A stretch of DNA of 64,000 nt from Patescibacteria group bacterium. GTDB taxonomy: Bacteria > Patescibacteriota > Minisyncoccia > UBA6257 > 1-14-0-10-40-38. The stretch's first letter is position 1; each line of letters opens with the position of its first letter. The notes under the pieces are model-generated. The model was not told where the DNA came from and ran no database searches. It was given only the letters and a program-made list of their open reading frames with translations. A program made the translations under genes and the position numbers. Shown here one piece after another: positions 48,703 through 59,000 of this stretch. The stretch lies in the NCBI GenBank assembly GCA_038064975.1, contig JBBTRX010000002.1:128880-192879 (forward strand), read 5' to 3'.

Positions 48703-50392
48703 AGAACGCTTTGTTTATTTTCTTTTTTTCTGCGGGAACTTTATATGTAGCGTCTTCCATTTCGCTATAGTTCACATATAGATGGTTTTTATCCAAACTT
48801 TCAATCAATATCTGCTTCTGATCTTTTAACTCAAGCTCGCCGAATTTCTTTTCATCGAATTTATTTAGGTCTATTTCGTATCTGAAAAATGCCTCCATTT
48901 GCATTTTTTTATAGATATTCAATAACTCTTTGCTCGTCTTACCTCCTCTAATTGCCTGCTCATATTCTTCATTCCATTTCTTAAGTTCCATATAAACGAA
49001 CGATCCGCCGCCTTTCCAATGAACTGCTTTAGAAATTCCGGCCTGATCGCCCTTAACCACTTCTTTTAGGCGTGCAACACTGCCATTATCACCATAATCC
49101 AGTTGCTCGATGCCAATATATTGCCTACCCATTTTATGGGCTACGGCGGCTGTCGTACCACTACCTAAGTGGTAATCTAAAACAATATCTCCCTCATCGG
49201 TCGCCGATTTTATAATTCTCTCCAATAAATTTTCTGGTTTTTGCCCACTAAAATCCTTGATTCTTTCTTTCGCAGTAGCGGCTTGTTGAAATGAAATTAT
49301 ATCACCCCAAACATCACCTATGGCCTTCCCTCTCTCAATAACTTCGTCCAAATAAATCTTTTCGCCCCTTCCGTCAAAATACATTCTTCCAGTTTTCTCA
49401 TCTTTTTTATTAAATCTCGCGAGATATTTTTCGCTATGTTCAGTTTTTACTTTATTAAACTTAAGTGATTTATTATTTTTTGAATAAAACAATATTGAAT
49501 CATGTCCTCTAATCCAATTATTGGCAATTGTTTTATATCCTGACAAAACTGAAATATCCCAAATTATTTCTCTTTGGAAATTCTCTTTGCCGAAAATATC
49601 GTCCATTAAAACCTTACAATAGTGAACCTCATTGTAATCTAATTGAATATAAATACTTCCATCATCTCTTAATAATTGTCGTGCGACCTCTAACCTATTT
49701 TTCATGAAAGTCAGCCAAGTGGAATGATTGAAGCTATCATTGTAATTAAATCCATCCCCGTTGCCGGTATTGTATGGCGGATCAATGTATATGAGTTTAA
49801 CTTCACCTCTATACTTCTTTTTTAGCGAGTGTAAGGCCAAAAGATTATTACCTTTTATTATTAGATTATCCTGCTCGGTTATCCGTTCAATTTCATGTTC
49901 TCCTGTTTTGTCTATTTTCTTTATATTTGTTAACACTTTTGGTTCAAATAGCCGATCAATTTCGTCTGGCGCAAGAATTTCATTATAAAAAATTTCATTT
50001 CGTTTTGAATCTTCTTTGTCTTGCCCGCCCTCCAAAACACAATCTTTATATGGCCAAGCTAAAACCACTTTGCCGCTGTCCTTCAGATAATCATCATTCT
50101 CAACCAATCCAATATGATTTTTAAAAGCAGTAAAAGAATTCGGTAAAAATTCTTTGTTGTTTATGAATCTTACAAATTTATCCTGATTAAAAACAAAAAC
50201 TGCCTTAGTATTTATTTTGCTCTCTGTAAAAAAATGCTCTTTGGTTAGACCATTATTCAGTAATAATTCTAAGAGTTCTTTATCCTGCTTTATCGCCAAT
50301 TCAGTGATCTTGTTCTTTAAGATTTTTCCTTCAGCAAACAATCGTTCGTCTTTTTTTAAAATTTTAGCTAAATCGTTGAATAAATTTTGCAT
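48692..50392 (-). CDS. mod: Type III R-M Mod subunit (N6-adenine/N4-cytosine beta-class DNA methyltransferase)
   Basis: Catalytic IYIDPPYN before the SAM motif DYHLGSGTTAAVA (beta-class motif order). 566 aa. Confidence 0.8.
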   Translation of the reverse strand: MQNLFNDLAKILKKDERLFAEGKILKNKITELAIKQDKELLELLLNNGLTKEHFFTESKINTKAVFVFNQDKFVRFINNKEFLPNSFTAFKNHIGLVENDDYLKDSGKVVLAWPYKDCVLEGGQDKEDSKRNEIFYNEILAPDEIDRLFEPKVLTNIKKIDKTGEHEIERITEQDNLIIKGNNLLALHSLKKKYRGEVKLIYIDPPYNTGNGDGFNYNDSFNHSTWLTFMKNRLEVARQLLRDDGSIYIQLDYNEVHYCKVLMDDIFGKENFQREIIWDISVLSGYKTIANNWIRGHDSILFYSKNNKSLKFNKVKTEHSEKYLARFNKKDEKTGRMYFDGRGEKIYLDEVIERGKAIGDVWGDIISFQQAATAKERIKDFSGQKPENLLERIIKSATDEGDIVLDYHLGSGTTAAVAHKMGRQYIGIEQLDYGDNGSVARLKEVVKGDQAGISKAVHWKGGGSFVYMELKKWNEEYEQAIRGGKTSKELLNIYKKMQMEAFFRYEIDLNKFDEKKFGELELKDQKQILIESLDKNHLYVNYSEMEDATYKVPAEKKKINKAFYGN

Positions 50393-50393
50393 A

Positions 50394-50600
50394 TTATTTG
50401 GTTTGAGTTTTATTTAAAAACTGCTCAAATTCTGCCTGATCAATTCTAAACTCCTTACCAATCTTATGCGCCTTCAGCTTGCCCGATCTTATATTTCGAT
50501 AAATGGTTACTACGTCTAACTTGAGAATTGTGGCTAACTCCTTAGCTGTGTAAAACCTTTCTTGCTTCATACTCTTATGATACTGGACTATTGTATACAT
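50394..50600 (-). CDS. helix-turn-helix DNA-binding protein (excisionase/MerR-like)
   Basis: 68 aa with YTAKELATILKLDVVTIYRNIRSGKL, matching the HTH_17/Xis signature. Confidence 0.6.
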   Translation of the reverse strand: MYTIVQYHKSMKQERFYTAKELATILKLDVVTIYRNIRSGKLKAHKIGKEFRIDQAEFEQFLNKTQTK

Positions 50601-50616
50601 TGCCAGCGCATAGCCT

Positions 50617-51732
50617 CTAATCTATTTCTGGCTTATAGGGCTTAAATCTTTGGAGCGCCTGCTTAATTTCTTTAATATAGCCATGACAGGATTTAAGAGA
50701 GATTCGCCTATTTAACGTCTTTAGCTTCGAACTAATCCTATCCCACTCTCTTGTGCTTGCTCTCTCCTCGATAATCCTTCTTAATCCTTTCGCGCCGCCT
50801 TCGTCCTTACAGAATATCTTTAGAGTGGCGAGCTTCATAGCCTCGCCAATTTTCATTTTTCGGTTTTTTCTCAATATGCTCCTCAATATGCCCTGTGGGC
50901 TCTCGTCTAAAGTGAAGATAAAAAAGTTGGGTTCAATATATGTTTCGAAATAGTTAAGCAATATTTTCCGACATACTTCTTCCTTAAAAATGTCTGCGAA
51001 GGTTGGATTTATACCGAAACCAAGCTGTTTTAAAACGCTGTTCATTTTTGTTTTTTCACATAAGCGAACTTCCACGCGCATTACCTCTGGCTTTTTCTTT
51101 TGTTGTATAAAATCGAGCAAGCTCGCTTGCTGTATTTTTTGATCGCTACTATAGGCCTTCTTCTCGCTCTTTTCTAAATCTTTAATTTTGTCATAGAAGG
51201 TTAAGGCGTGTGATGTAGCATAGAATTGTACTCCGTGGCCGCCATTCTTAAAATCCTTATAATCCATCTCCATTTTCTCGGTAAGATTTATCTTTGTAAA
51301 ATCCCTTATAATCCCCATCGTAGGATAACCGCCAGTTATGCGTATGTTTTTTGCTGGATGAAAAGACATAGCACTCGCATATTTTAAAAACTCTTTTTCT
51401 GTGCGAACCCCCATTTCGGAAAGCGATTTCTTTAAAACATCAAGCTCATCCCCGAAATTCGCTTCACTTACTTCTTGTAAGTTGTTGCCGAGAAGGATTG
51501 TCTGCGCCGAAAATTGAATTTTAAGATGCTCTCCTCTGCCAAGTCGATCTATGAGCGTTAATTGTGGCCGATAGATGAGAGCTTTCTTTTCCGCCGCCGT
51601 GGCATTGTTGGCGTATAACCGATAGATGCTACCTCCGTATAGGTTCGGCTTTGAGCCAATCAAATGAAACCGATCTTTTTTTAAGATAGTGAATTGGCTT
51701 TTCGGGATGTTTAAAATCACGGTGTCTAGCAT
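50617..51732 (-). CDS. hypothetical protein, possible replication initiation protein of the island
   Basis: 371-aa basic protein between the HTH gene and SpoVG. The Rep assignment is a weak guess from size and context only. Confidence 0.3.
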   Translation of the reverse strand: MLDTVILNIPKSQFTILKKDRFHLIGSKPNLYGGSIYRLYANNATAAEKKALIYRPQLTLIDRLGRGEHLKIQFSAQTILLGNNLQEVSEANFGDELDVLKKSLSEMGVRTEKEFLKYASAMSFHPAKNIRITGGYPTMGIIRDFTKINLTEKMEMDYKDFKNGGHGVQFYATSHALTFYDKIKDLEKSEKKAYSSDQKIQQASLLDFIQQKKKPEVMRVEVRLCEKTKMNSVLKQLGFGINPTFADIFKEEVCRKILLNYFETYIEPNFFIFTLDESPQGILRSILRKNRKMKIGEAMKLATLKIFCKDEGGAKGLRRIIEERASTREWDRISSKLKTLNRRISLKSCHGYIKEIKQALQRFKPYKPEID

Positions 51733-51758
51733 TTCATTACTTCTTTAGCTTTTAATTC

Positions 51759-52019
51759 CTAGATGAATATCTCTCGTGCTTTGTCGGTAATAGCCTCTTC
51801 AATGGCCTTACCCAGATCACGGTTTATGGGGTGGTAAATGTTTATGTCTTTATCGCTCACCTTCTTCGTGGGATAGGTTATGCGGTATCCTGTGCCGTCC
51901 AATCGGCTATAAATGCCCATAGAGCCTAGATAAAGGCAGTTATCGAGCACTACGCTCGCAAAGCCAATAAGGCCTTCTTTGGGCTTAATAGGGATGATAT
52001 TAATCTCGGTTATTTTCAT
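51759..52019 (-). CDS. spoVG: SpoVG family protein
   Basis: MKITEINIIPIKPKEGLIGFASVVLDNCLYLGSMGIYSRLDG...ITYPTKK...NIYHPINRDLGKAIEEAI aligns with the SpoVG consensus. Confidence 0.7.
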   Translation of the reverse strand: MKITEINIIPIKPKEGLIGFASVVLDNCLYLGSMGIYSRLDGTGYRITYPTKKVSDKDINIYHPINRDLGKAIEEAITDKAREIFI

Positions 52020-52179
52020 AGAGGTGAGGGTTTTGTTTTTTATCCATCTCTAAAAGCCAGCCAAAAGCGCCGAGCAAATCCTGCTTGGCTTCAAAGGCTT
52101 CTTGCTCGGAAAGTTCTCTGCCGGATAGCTTTTCAAGCAATGCCTTTTCGTCTTTTTTGGATGCAAAAAAATCTGGCAT
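52000..52179 (-). CDS. small hypothetical protein (59 aa)
   Basis: Manual translation gives MPDFFASKKDEKALLEKLSGRELSEQEAFEAKQDLLGAFGWLLEMDKKQNPHLYENNRD. It overlaps the SpoVG start by 20 nt and is below the ORF-track cutoff. Confidence 0.3.
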   Translation of the reverse strand: MPDFFASKKDEKALLEKLSGRELSEQEAFEAKQDLLGAFGWLLEMDKKQNPHLYENNRD

Positions 52180-52226
52180 TAGAGCCAGTCTATTCTTTAC
52201 TTAATTTAAGTTGCCTTAAAAAAGAC

Positions 52227-53405
52227 TTAAGTCTTCCCTTTATATTTTTGATTAAAAATAACAGAGCGTTTTTTTACCTCCATCACGTCTCTTAGTCCTG
52301 TCTCACGAATTATTTTGCTATTTAATTGATAAGCGGCATTTTCGAATCTTTTTTCATTTGGTTCTTGATTGGGCTCATATTCTTCTGCAATTTCAGAGTA
52401 GAACCACTCTCTAAAGGCATCATCCGGATTTTTAAAAGCTATTTTTAATAGTTCATATTGATTACTATGATTTCTTAACATAACTTTTACTGACCCAACA
52501 AACAGCAGAGATTTGATAGGATCAAACTTTAATTGAGGGATTATCTCTTGCTTTGGAAGAAATAGTTTGCTCACGAGAGAAGAGTAGTCATTCTTTTCGG
52601 CCTCGCTAAGAAAGGTTTCTTTGATTGTTATATTAGCTTTAGCATTTTTTAAATCTTTCGATGACAAACTATTCGGATTCTTATCCGAATCAACAACCCA
52701 AAAATAGTCCAATTTTATAAATCCTTCATACTCCAATGCTAATACAGTATGGATGAATTGATATTCATTGTTGAAATGAAAATCCATAATCTTACCTTTA
52801 TCAATAATAAAATCATCTCCATACTTTTTATATAGGTCCAATAAGCCACTAAGCATGGATTTCTTCATCTCTTTATAAAGAACATAATTTTTAGTTTCTG
52901 ATTTCAACTTATCTTCCATAAAAAGCTTTATATAGCCGTTTAGGTATTTTTCTATTTTCTTTTCAGTTTTCTTGTCTAGGGCAGTCTCAAACTCAATAAA
53001 TTCGAAGATTCTTTCGAAATGCCTTGTTAAAACACGATCGGCAAAATCAATTATAGTAAACCTATCTTCCAGAATATTCTTAAAGAATTTTACACTCCCG
53101 GCTTCAGGATTTTTCTCAATATACTCTTGCAGCTCCTTAAAATTCGCAGGATTATATTTCTCATAAATATCCCTATGAAATTTGCCGTTGAAAGTGAAAT
53201 CAAGTTGCTTAGCGATCCTGCCTAGCCAAACGTAAGTCGTAGCGTAGTCAAAATTTGGTGGAAGGAGATAGTAGGCGTTTGAAACGGCTTTCTTTGCTGC
53301 TTGTTGGCCAAGCAACAAGTTTTTTAGAATATATAGGTATTCTTCACGCCAATAGGGAAGTTTTTTAACATCGCTTACTTCTTTCATTACATCTTTAGGA
53401 AGCAT
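52227..53405 (-). CDS. hypothetical protein (392 aa), partner of AAA+ ATPase
   Basis: Lys/Glu-rich, predicted helical, no motifs. Its start lies 12 nt after the ATPase stop on the same strand. Confidence 0.45.
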   Translation of the reverse strand: MLPKDVMKEVSDVKKLPYWREEYLYILKNLLLGQQAAKKAVSNAYYLLPPNFDYATTYVWLGRIAKQLDFTFNGKFHRDIYEKYNPANFKELQEYIEKNPEAGSVKFFKNILEDRFTIIDFADRVLTRHFERIFEFIEFETALDKKTEKKIEKYLNGYIKLFMEDKLKSETKNYVLYKEMKKSMLSGLLDLYKKYGDDFIIDKGKIMDFHFNNEYQFIHTVLALEYEGFIKLDYFWVVDSDKNPNSLSSKDLKNAKANITIKETFLSEAEKNDYSSLVSKLFLPKQEIIPQLKFDPIKSLLFVGSVKVMLRNHSNQYELLKIAFKNPDDAFREWFYSEIAEEYEPNQEPNEKRFENAAYQLNSKIIRETGLRDVMEVKKRSVIFNQKYKGKT

Positions 53406-53417
53406 AAAATATTCGAT

Positions 53418-54857
53418 TTACATCGTTAAGAAATATGGAATAGGTACCTTAACAATATTCAATCTTTCGTGAAGTTCTAACTCATCAGAGCTAATAACCA
53501 CACCAAAATCACAACTCACCATTTCCATTGTTTTCACGACTTGGCTAACATTTTTTGAACCCGAACCTATCTCAACTGCTATTCTTAGTTTGTCTGGAAT
53601 TTGAAAGATAAAATCGGCCGTTTCTGCCGCGCTGTGATGAGTAAGAATGCCTACGCCAGTGGTGAGAAACTCGCGATAGAAATGGAGGCCAACAACATCT
53701 TCTAGAAGTATGCCCCTCTTTGCAGAGAAAGCTCCTTTTATTCCGGCAACGCTAACTAAAGCCATTCGTATTGCCGGACTCATAAAGAGATATTTAGCTG
53801 GTTTTCTAGCTGTAGCTGCGCCTGAGCCATGAGCTGGCACACGAATGATTAACTCGGCCTTCTCTAATGCCTCTAGTACATTTACAAGGGTTACATTAGT
53901 AAATCCTAGAATAGAGCTAACCTTGTTAATGCTGAGTGAATCAGCATCTGCCATTACAAAGAGTAGTCTCTTGATAGAGCTTAGGGTTTTTATATCAAAT
54001 TTCCCTAATCCTGTAAGATCCTTTGTTATCATTCGATCAAGTAATTGAGAAATGGCTTCGTAGGCTTGAGGTTGAGTCATTGTTTTTATGGCGAATGGGA
54101 GAGTTCCAACCGTAAGAAATTTATCTACATCATTACTATCTATTTTTTTCCAGTATTCATTTATTTTTGGTTCAATCTTCTTAAGTTCTTCAAAAACATC
54201 CTTAGCAGTCTTTTTGCTATATAATGCATTTTTAATCTCTTGCTTCAATTGAGGTGTCGGAAATACATTACTTTCGATCATCTTAAATTCTCCAAAGCTT
54301 AATGGATACAATTTTTCTATGACCGCTCGTCTGGCAATATCAGGATTTGTTTGTAGAAGTACGGCGGATGAGCCGGTACAGACAATGAAAATATTTCTAG
54401 CTCTATCATGCAAAGCTTTCAGGTAAAGAGCCCAATTTACATCAAGCTGAATTTCGTCTATTAGAAGACAAACAGGATGTTTAACTTGTTCTAGGGGACT
54501 ACCCAGTATTTTTTCATAAGCTTCCAATACTTCCCGCAATGAAATCCCAATCGTAGACATAACGTCATCAATGGAGATATAAATGATATGATTGGCAATC
54601 AGTTGCTCTCTAAATTTATAGTAGATTTGTGCGAGTATGGTTGTTTTGCCAACGCCACGAAGTCCAGGCATAACGACCCAGCGTTGGTCTCTACCGCCAG
54701 ATAAAAATCCCTTTATTAGTTTTTCTATTCTAAAAAACGCATAACGTTTCGGATAGGAAAAATTAGGCGTTGGCCTTGTGTAAGGGAGTAATCGGTCTGA
54801 GTTTTGTTGGATTTGATTCTTGACGTATGCTATAGCTTTTTCGTCCATATTATTCAC
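53418..54857 (-). CDS. AAA+ superfamily ATPase (COG1373-like, DUF4143-type C-terminal domain)
   Basis: Walker A VMPGLRGVGKTT, Walker B CLLIDEIQ and sensor TGSS. 479 aa. Confidence 0.7.
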   Translation of the reverse strand: MNNMDEKAIAYVKNQIQQNSDRLLPYTRPTPNFSYPKRYAFFRIEKLIKGFLSGGRDQRWVVMPGLRGVGKTTILAQIYYKFREQLIANHIIYISIDDVMSTIGISLREVLEAYEKILGSPLEQVKHPVCLLIDEIQLDVNWALYLKALHDRARNIFIVCTGSSAVLLQTNPDIARRAVIEKLYPLSFGEFKMIESNVFPTPQLKQEIKNALYSKKTAKDVFEELKKIEPKINEYWKKIDSNDVDKFLTVGTLPFAIKTMTQPQAYEAISQLLDRMITKDLTGLGKFDIKTLSSIKRLLFVMADADSLSINKVSSILGFTNVTLVNVLEALEKAELIIRVPAHGSGAATARKPAKYLFMSPAIRMALVSVAGIKGAFSAKRGILLEDVVGLHFYREFLTTGVGILTHHSAAETADFIFQIPDKLRIAVEIGSGSKNVSQVVKTMEMVSCDFGVVISSDELELHERLNIVKVPIPYFLTM

Positions 54858-55103
54858 AAGGGTGTTTATTTCACTTTAATATCTCTTGTATATCATACTA
54901 TATAAGTAATTACAAGCACCTGTTTTGCATAGCCTTTATATAACACTTTGATCAGTTTTTCTTATTCGAAACACTTAAAGTTAGACACTTTTTAGCCCTA
55001 TTAAGGTGTGAATAAGATTTATTCTTGGCTTCAATAGTAAGGGAAATAGCACCTCGGGTGACGTAACTTCACTATTGAACGAACGTTCACTATACATAAG
55101 AGT

Positions 55104-55220
55104 ATGCCCAACGATTACTTAAAAGTGATTGTCGGATTTTATCGGAAATTTAAGCGTATGCCTAGCTATGCGGAATTAAAGAAAATATGTTCCGAGACGA
55201 AACTAAAAGGAAAAGACTAG
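55104..55220 (+). pseudogene. LexA-like N-terminal fragment (38 codons)
   Basis: MPNDYLKVIVGFYRKFKRMPSYAELKKICSETKLKGKD resembles the LexA N-terminal winged-helix (xxLKxIxxFYxKxGxxPSYxEL) but stops after 38 aa. Confidence 0.25.
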
Positions 55221-55246
55221 GCTTTCCAATGTTTAGTGGAGAGTAG

Positions 55247-55334
55247 ACGTATGTGAGACTTCAAGAAAACTCAAATCCTCGCTTATTTTCTTCCAATCTA
55301 CGGTTCTAAACACATCCAGTAAGGCCGCCAATCT
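55247..55334. repeat. about 85-bp direct repeat, copy A (downstream end of RHS cassette)
   Basis: ACTTCAAGAAAACTCAAATCCTCGCTTATTTTCTTCCAATCTACGGTTCTAAACACATCCAGTAAGGC matches 62204-62274 with 1 mismatch. Confidence 0.55.
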
Positions 55335-55387
55335 ATTACTGCGCCACTAGGAGTGGTATAAAGTTTGGTAGTGTAATCACCATTCAT
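55298..55387 (-). pseudogene. orphan copy of RHS C-terminal tail coding fragment (MNGDYTTKLYTTPSGAVIDW...) fused to repeat copy A
   Basis: Minus-strand mini-ORF MNGDYTTKLYTTPSGAVIDWRPYWMCLEP. Its first 20 aa are identical to residues near the RHS C-terminus, and the end reads into the 85-bp repeat. Confidence 0.4.
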
Positions 55388-55405
55388 TACTATATTTTAA
55401 TATCA

Positions 55406-55678
55406 CTATTTCTTTCTAAAATTCCTAAATGCAATTTTTAAAACAAATAAGATGAGTATAACTAAGGCAATCATTGAAACAATACTTTCAGTCATGAGTA
55501 TTTTTGCTGATGATTCAAAAATAGTTTCTATTATTAAATCTATTGTTTTAAGAATAAAACTTATTCCAGCAACGATACCAAGCCACAAATAATCTTTATC
55601 TTGATATTTTTTCCAAGCCCAATAACTAGCAACAATGAGGATTAATGGGACTATATATCTTAATATTTCTATGCTCAT
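55406..55678 (-). CDS. small 3-TM membrane protein, immunity-like (paralog 2)
   Basis: 90 aa sharing YWAWKKYQDKDYLWLG with the adjacent paralog (YAWSKKQGKDFFWLG). Located immediately downstream of the RHS toxin. Confidence 0.5.
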   Translation of the reverse strand: MSIEILRYIVPLILIVASYWAWKKYQDKDYLWLGIVAGISFILKTIDLIIETIFESSAKILMTESIVSMIALVILILFVLKIAFRNFRKK

Positions 55679-55690
55679 AAAATTTAATAA

Positions 55691-55759
55691 TTAGTTTGTA
55701 GATCCTGAGATAATATTACCCCACCAATCTATAACTGCCCCGGTTAGTGATGATTCGGT
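55691..55759 (-). pseudogene. orphan RHS C-terminal tail fragment (TESSLTGAVIDWWGNIISGSTN*) directly after paralog-1 stop
   Basis: In frame after the TAA of 55760-56029, it encodes ...GAVIDWWGNIISGSTN, matching the RHS C-terminus ...GAVIDWWGNIISGPKN. The underlying motif is CCCCACCAATCTAT(A/C)ACTGCCCC. Confidence 0.4.
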
Positions 55760-56029
55760 TTATTTTTTTAAATATTCCAAAAATATTCTTATTATAAAGA
55801 AAAAAGTTATTAGCAAAAGAATTGAAGATATTAAATATATAGGCAATTCATATCCTGCAGAAAAATTAGAAAAGGTACGTAATATATATTTAGTCACATT
55901 TAGGATGATAAAACCTATACCTACCCAACCAAGCCAAAAAAAATCTTTTCCTTGTTTTTTTGACCATGCGTAAAAACAAATACTCGTTCCTACTAAATAA
56001 AAAATTATATAGAAAATTATTGAATTCAT
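55760..56029 (-). CDS. small 3-TM membrane protein, immunity-like (paralog 1)
   Basis: 89 aa with three hydrophobic helices, 12 nt downstream of the RHS stop. Confidence 0.5.
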   Translation of the reverse strand: MNSIIFYIIFYLVGTSICFYAWSKKQGKDFFWLGWVGIGFIILNVTKYILRTFSNFSAGYELPIYLISSILLLITFFFIIRIFLEYLKK

Positions 56030-56041
56030 AAATATTAAAGA

Positions 56042-59000
56042 TTAATTTTTTGGTCCTGAAATGATGTTGCCCCACCAATCTATCACTGCCCCACTAGGAG
56101 TGGTATAAAGTTTAGTAGTGTAATCGCCGTTCATCATTATATTTTGTTGATTTGTATTATTTTGAGCGTTCCCTTGAGGAGTTTGAGTTCCTTCCTTAAA
56201 ATTTTGTATTCCCTCATTAAATTTCTTATAATCTTCAATCTGTTGAGCTATTGCTGGGCAAGCAACGCTACACACAGCGCCTATAATCTTCCATAAAGGC
56301 CACTTTGGATCAAATTTTGGAGGTTCATTGTTAAAAATTTTTGCCTGTTCAGGACCCCTCACAAGTCGACTCTGTTCAAATGGTCTCTGACTCAATCCAT
56401 CATTGTTTCGAAGTAGTGCCGCAGTACCGACCACAAGCGCACCGACACCCACAACGGCTACGCCTATCAAGAATGCTTGAGGTGCTACAAAGAAGACTGG
56501 CAATGCGAAAGGAATGGCAATTTCACCATCTGGGTCAATTAGATTTATCGGATTATTTTTTACGTAAGAGTATGAATTTAAGCTCTGGGGATCGCTAAGC
56601 ACGCTCTCTAAAGATTGGCCATATCTATCTTCAAAGTTTATATCACCGATCGCAAGATACGATGGATCTTCACTTAAAAACCTTCCCCAATTAGTATTCA
56701 AATACCTCGCTTTCGCATACGTATAGTCTAGAGCATCTGCATCGTATTCGTGTCCAGTATACTTCCTTTTTTCAATCGTTGTACCAACATCATTCTTGAG
56801 TGATCCAAACGCAGTGTACCCCACTTCTTCCGTAATGTTAGCAGAGTCATCGGTTACTAACGATGTTGAACGGAGATGATCGGAGCTATTCCATAGGATA
56901 GTAGGATCTCCTGTCCCTATGACCACCGTAGCTACCGGTATGCCGTTTACAAAGATATGTTCTGTGGTTGTGGCACTTCCTTCTTCGTTAAAGTAGATAG
57001 ATGGGTATGTGGTCGTGGCAAGGTTTGTTACGTGGGAATAAACCCTTTGGCCGCTTGTATCATATCCATACGTTGCATATTTTGTTTGTTGCCCAGGTCC
57101 TCCGAAGGATTGAGAGGAGAATCCTCCAGTTTGTTGAGATGGGAGTTTGATTTTTACTAATCTATTATTCCAATCCCAGGTGTGGGTAAGATTGCCGGTA
57201 CGATTTACGAGATTACCGTTTTTGTCGTAGGTCAAGGTTTCTGCGCCTACCCTCGTAGCCGCATGTGGGTTTGCAAAATTAGCTGTAGTTGTCCCTTGAT
57301 ACCAATACACGCCTTCGGGAGAAGTGAGGATATTACCAACGGGAGTGTAGGTGAAAATTTCAGAAAAGATGTTTGTAGACGAAGCGTTTACGGTTGAGCT
57401 TGCGAGACGATAGAGACTGTCGTATTCATAATCGGTCACACGATTCGGCAATGTTGCCGTGTCAGAAAAGACAGCGATTTTTGTAATATTCCCAACAGCA
57501 TCATAGGTATAGAGAAATTGCTGGAGCGTATTACTTCCATCATCTATGATTTTCCTTTTCAGACGATAGAGTTCATTCTCATCATAGGCATTCTCTATCG
57601 TTGTGCCATTCGCGTTTGTTTGGAACGTCACGTCCCCAGTCGGCGCATAGTCAAAATCAGAAACAATCGTAGTAGTCGCTACCCCACTTTCTTTCCAGTA
57701 CACCGCTTCAGGATGCCCTGCATTGTTGTATTCGTACGTAATCAAGGCATCATTCGGATTCTTGATCGTGAGCGGGTTACCAAGATAGTCGTAGGTATAA
57801 TCCGTAAGATATACATTACCGTCTATTATTTTGGTTTCCTTACCGATATTCCCCGCATAGTCATAGCGGTTGTTCAAAACCATCTTTCCCGCCGTAATAG
57901 TTGTTGTCGTTGCGATACAGAGGCGACCCACACCTTGGGAGCAGGCGTCGTAAGTGTATTCTGCTTCCAAACCCGACGTAAGCGATGCGTTTTCGCTTGT
58001 TATTCTGTTTAATGTGTCATATGCGTACGTTACGGTAGAAAAATCTGGTTTCTTTTTTTCCGTAAGATTACCGGCAAAGTCATACGCGTACGTTGTTGTT
58101 CCAAAATAAATATCGGATAGTTCATGCATATCTTCGGCAAAGGTTCTCCTCCCAAGCATGTCATATTCAAAATTGCGGACATTACCTTCAGCATCGATGA
58201 TTTTTATGAGGTTACCGAGAGTATCGTATTCATAGCGAGTGACATACGGAGAGGTTGTGGCATATTCATCCACACGATTCAGACGCCCAAAAGCATCGCG
58301 ACTAAAAACTTTTTTATTATTGTTTGAATCGGTAGTAGTGGCGTACCAGTTGTCGTATGTTGTTGCCGTATCACCAAACACCTGATCAACGTTCACTACT
58401 CTATCCAATGCATCGTATGTATATGAAGCATACAGCGAAGCAGTTGTTGTCGCAGATGTTTTATTTACGCCAGAACTGAAATACGGCAATGACTCTTTTT
58501 CTACACGACCTTGTTCGTCATATACCGTGTCTTGTACCGCATAGATTGTGCCACCATTATCCTCTGCGCGAGAGCGGGTCTGGATAGCACGCCCGAAGCC
58601 GTCAAAGTATGTTTTTATATCAGTTGAAAGAGCGGGTAAAAGATTGTTCGTTTCTTGAACAGCATATTGATTTGCTGTGTCGGTATAGGTAATAGTCTTT
58701 ATCGTTACGAGTGCACCTGTAAGAGGGTCGGGAGATTTTTGGGTCTTTATGCGATCCAGTGAATCATAGACGGTTTCATATATTTCTCCATTGGGAGTAA
58801 TAGTCTGCGTAGGTTGCCCAGAAGAATAGTCATACAAGCGTTCCGTCTCGTGGCCTAAAGCATTTGTTGTCGTTTCTGGATAAAGATTTAATGAGTCATA
58901 TACGTACGTTGTTTCGTTGTAGTTTGGATCACGATCGGAGAGCATAAGTCCAAAACTGTTATACACATGCGTAGTAGAGGCATAGGTTGTGCCTTCTATC

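Noticed and set aside
57518-58012. 164-aa and several other plus-strand ORFs inside the RHS gene
   Set aside because: They are antisense to a long, well-supported coding region and show no motifs.
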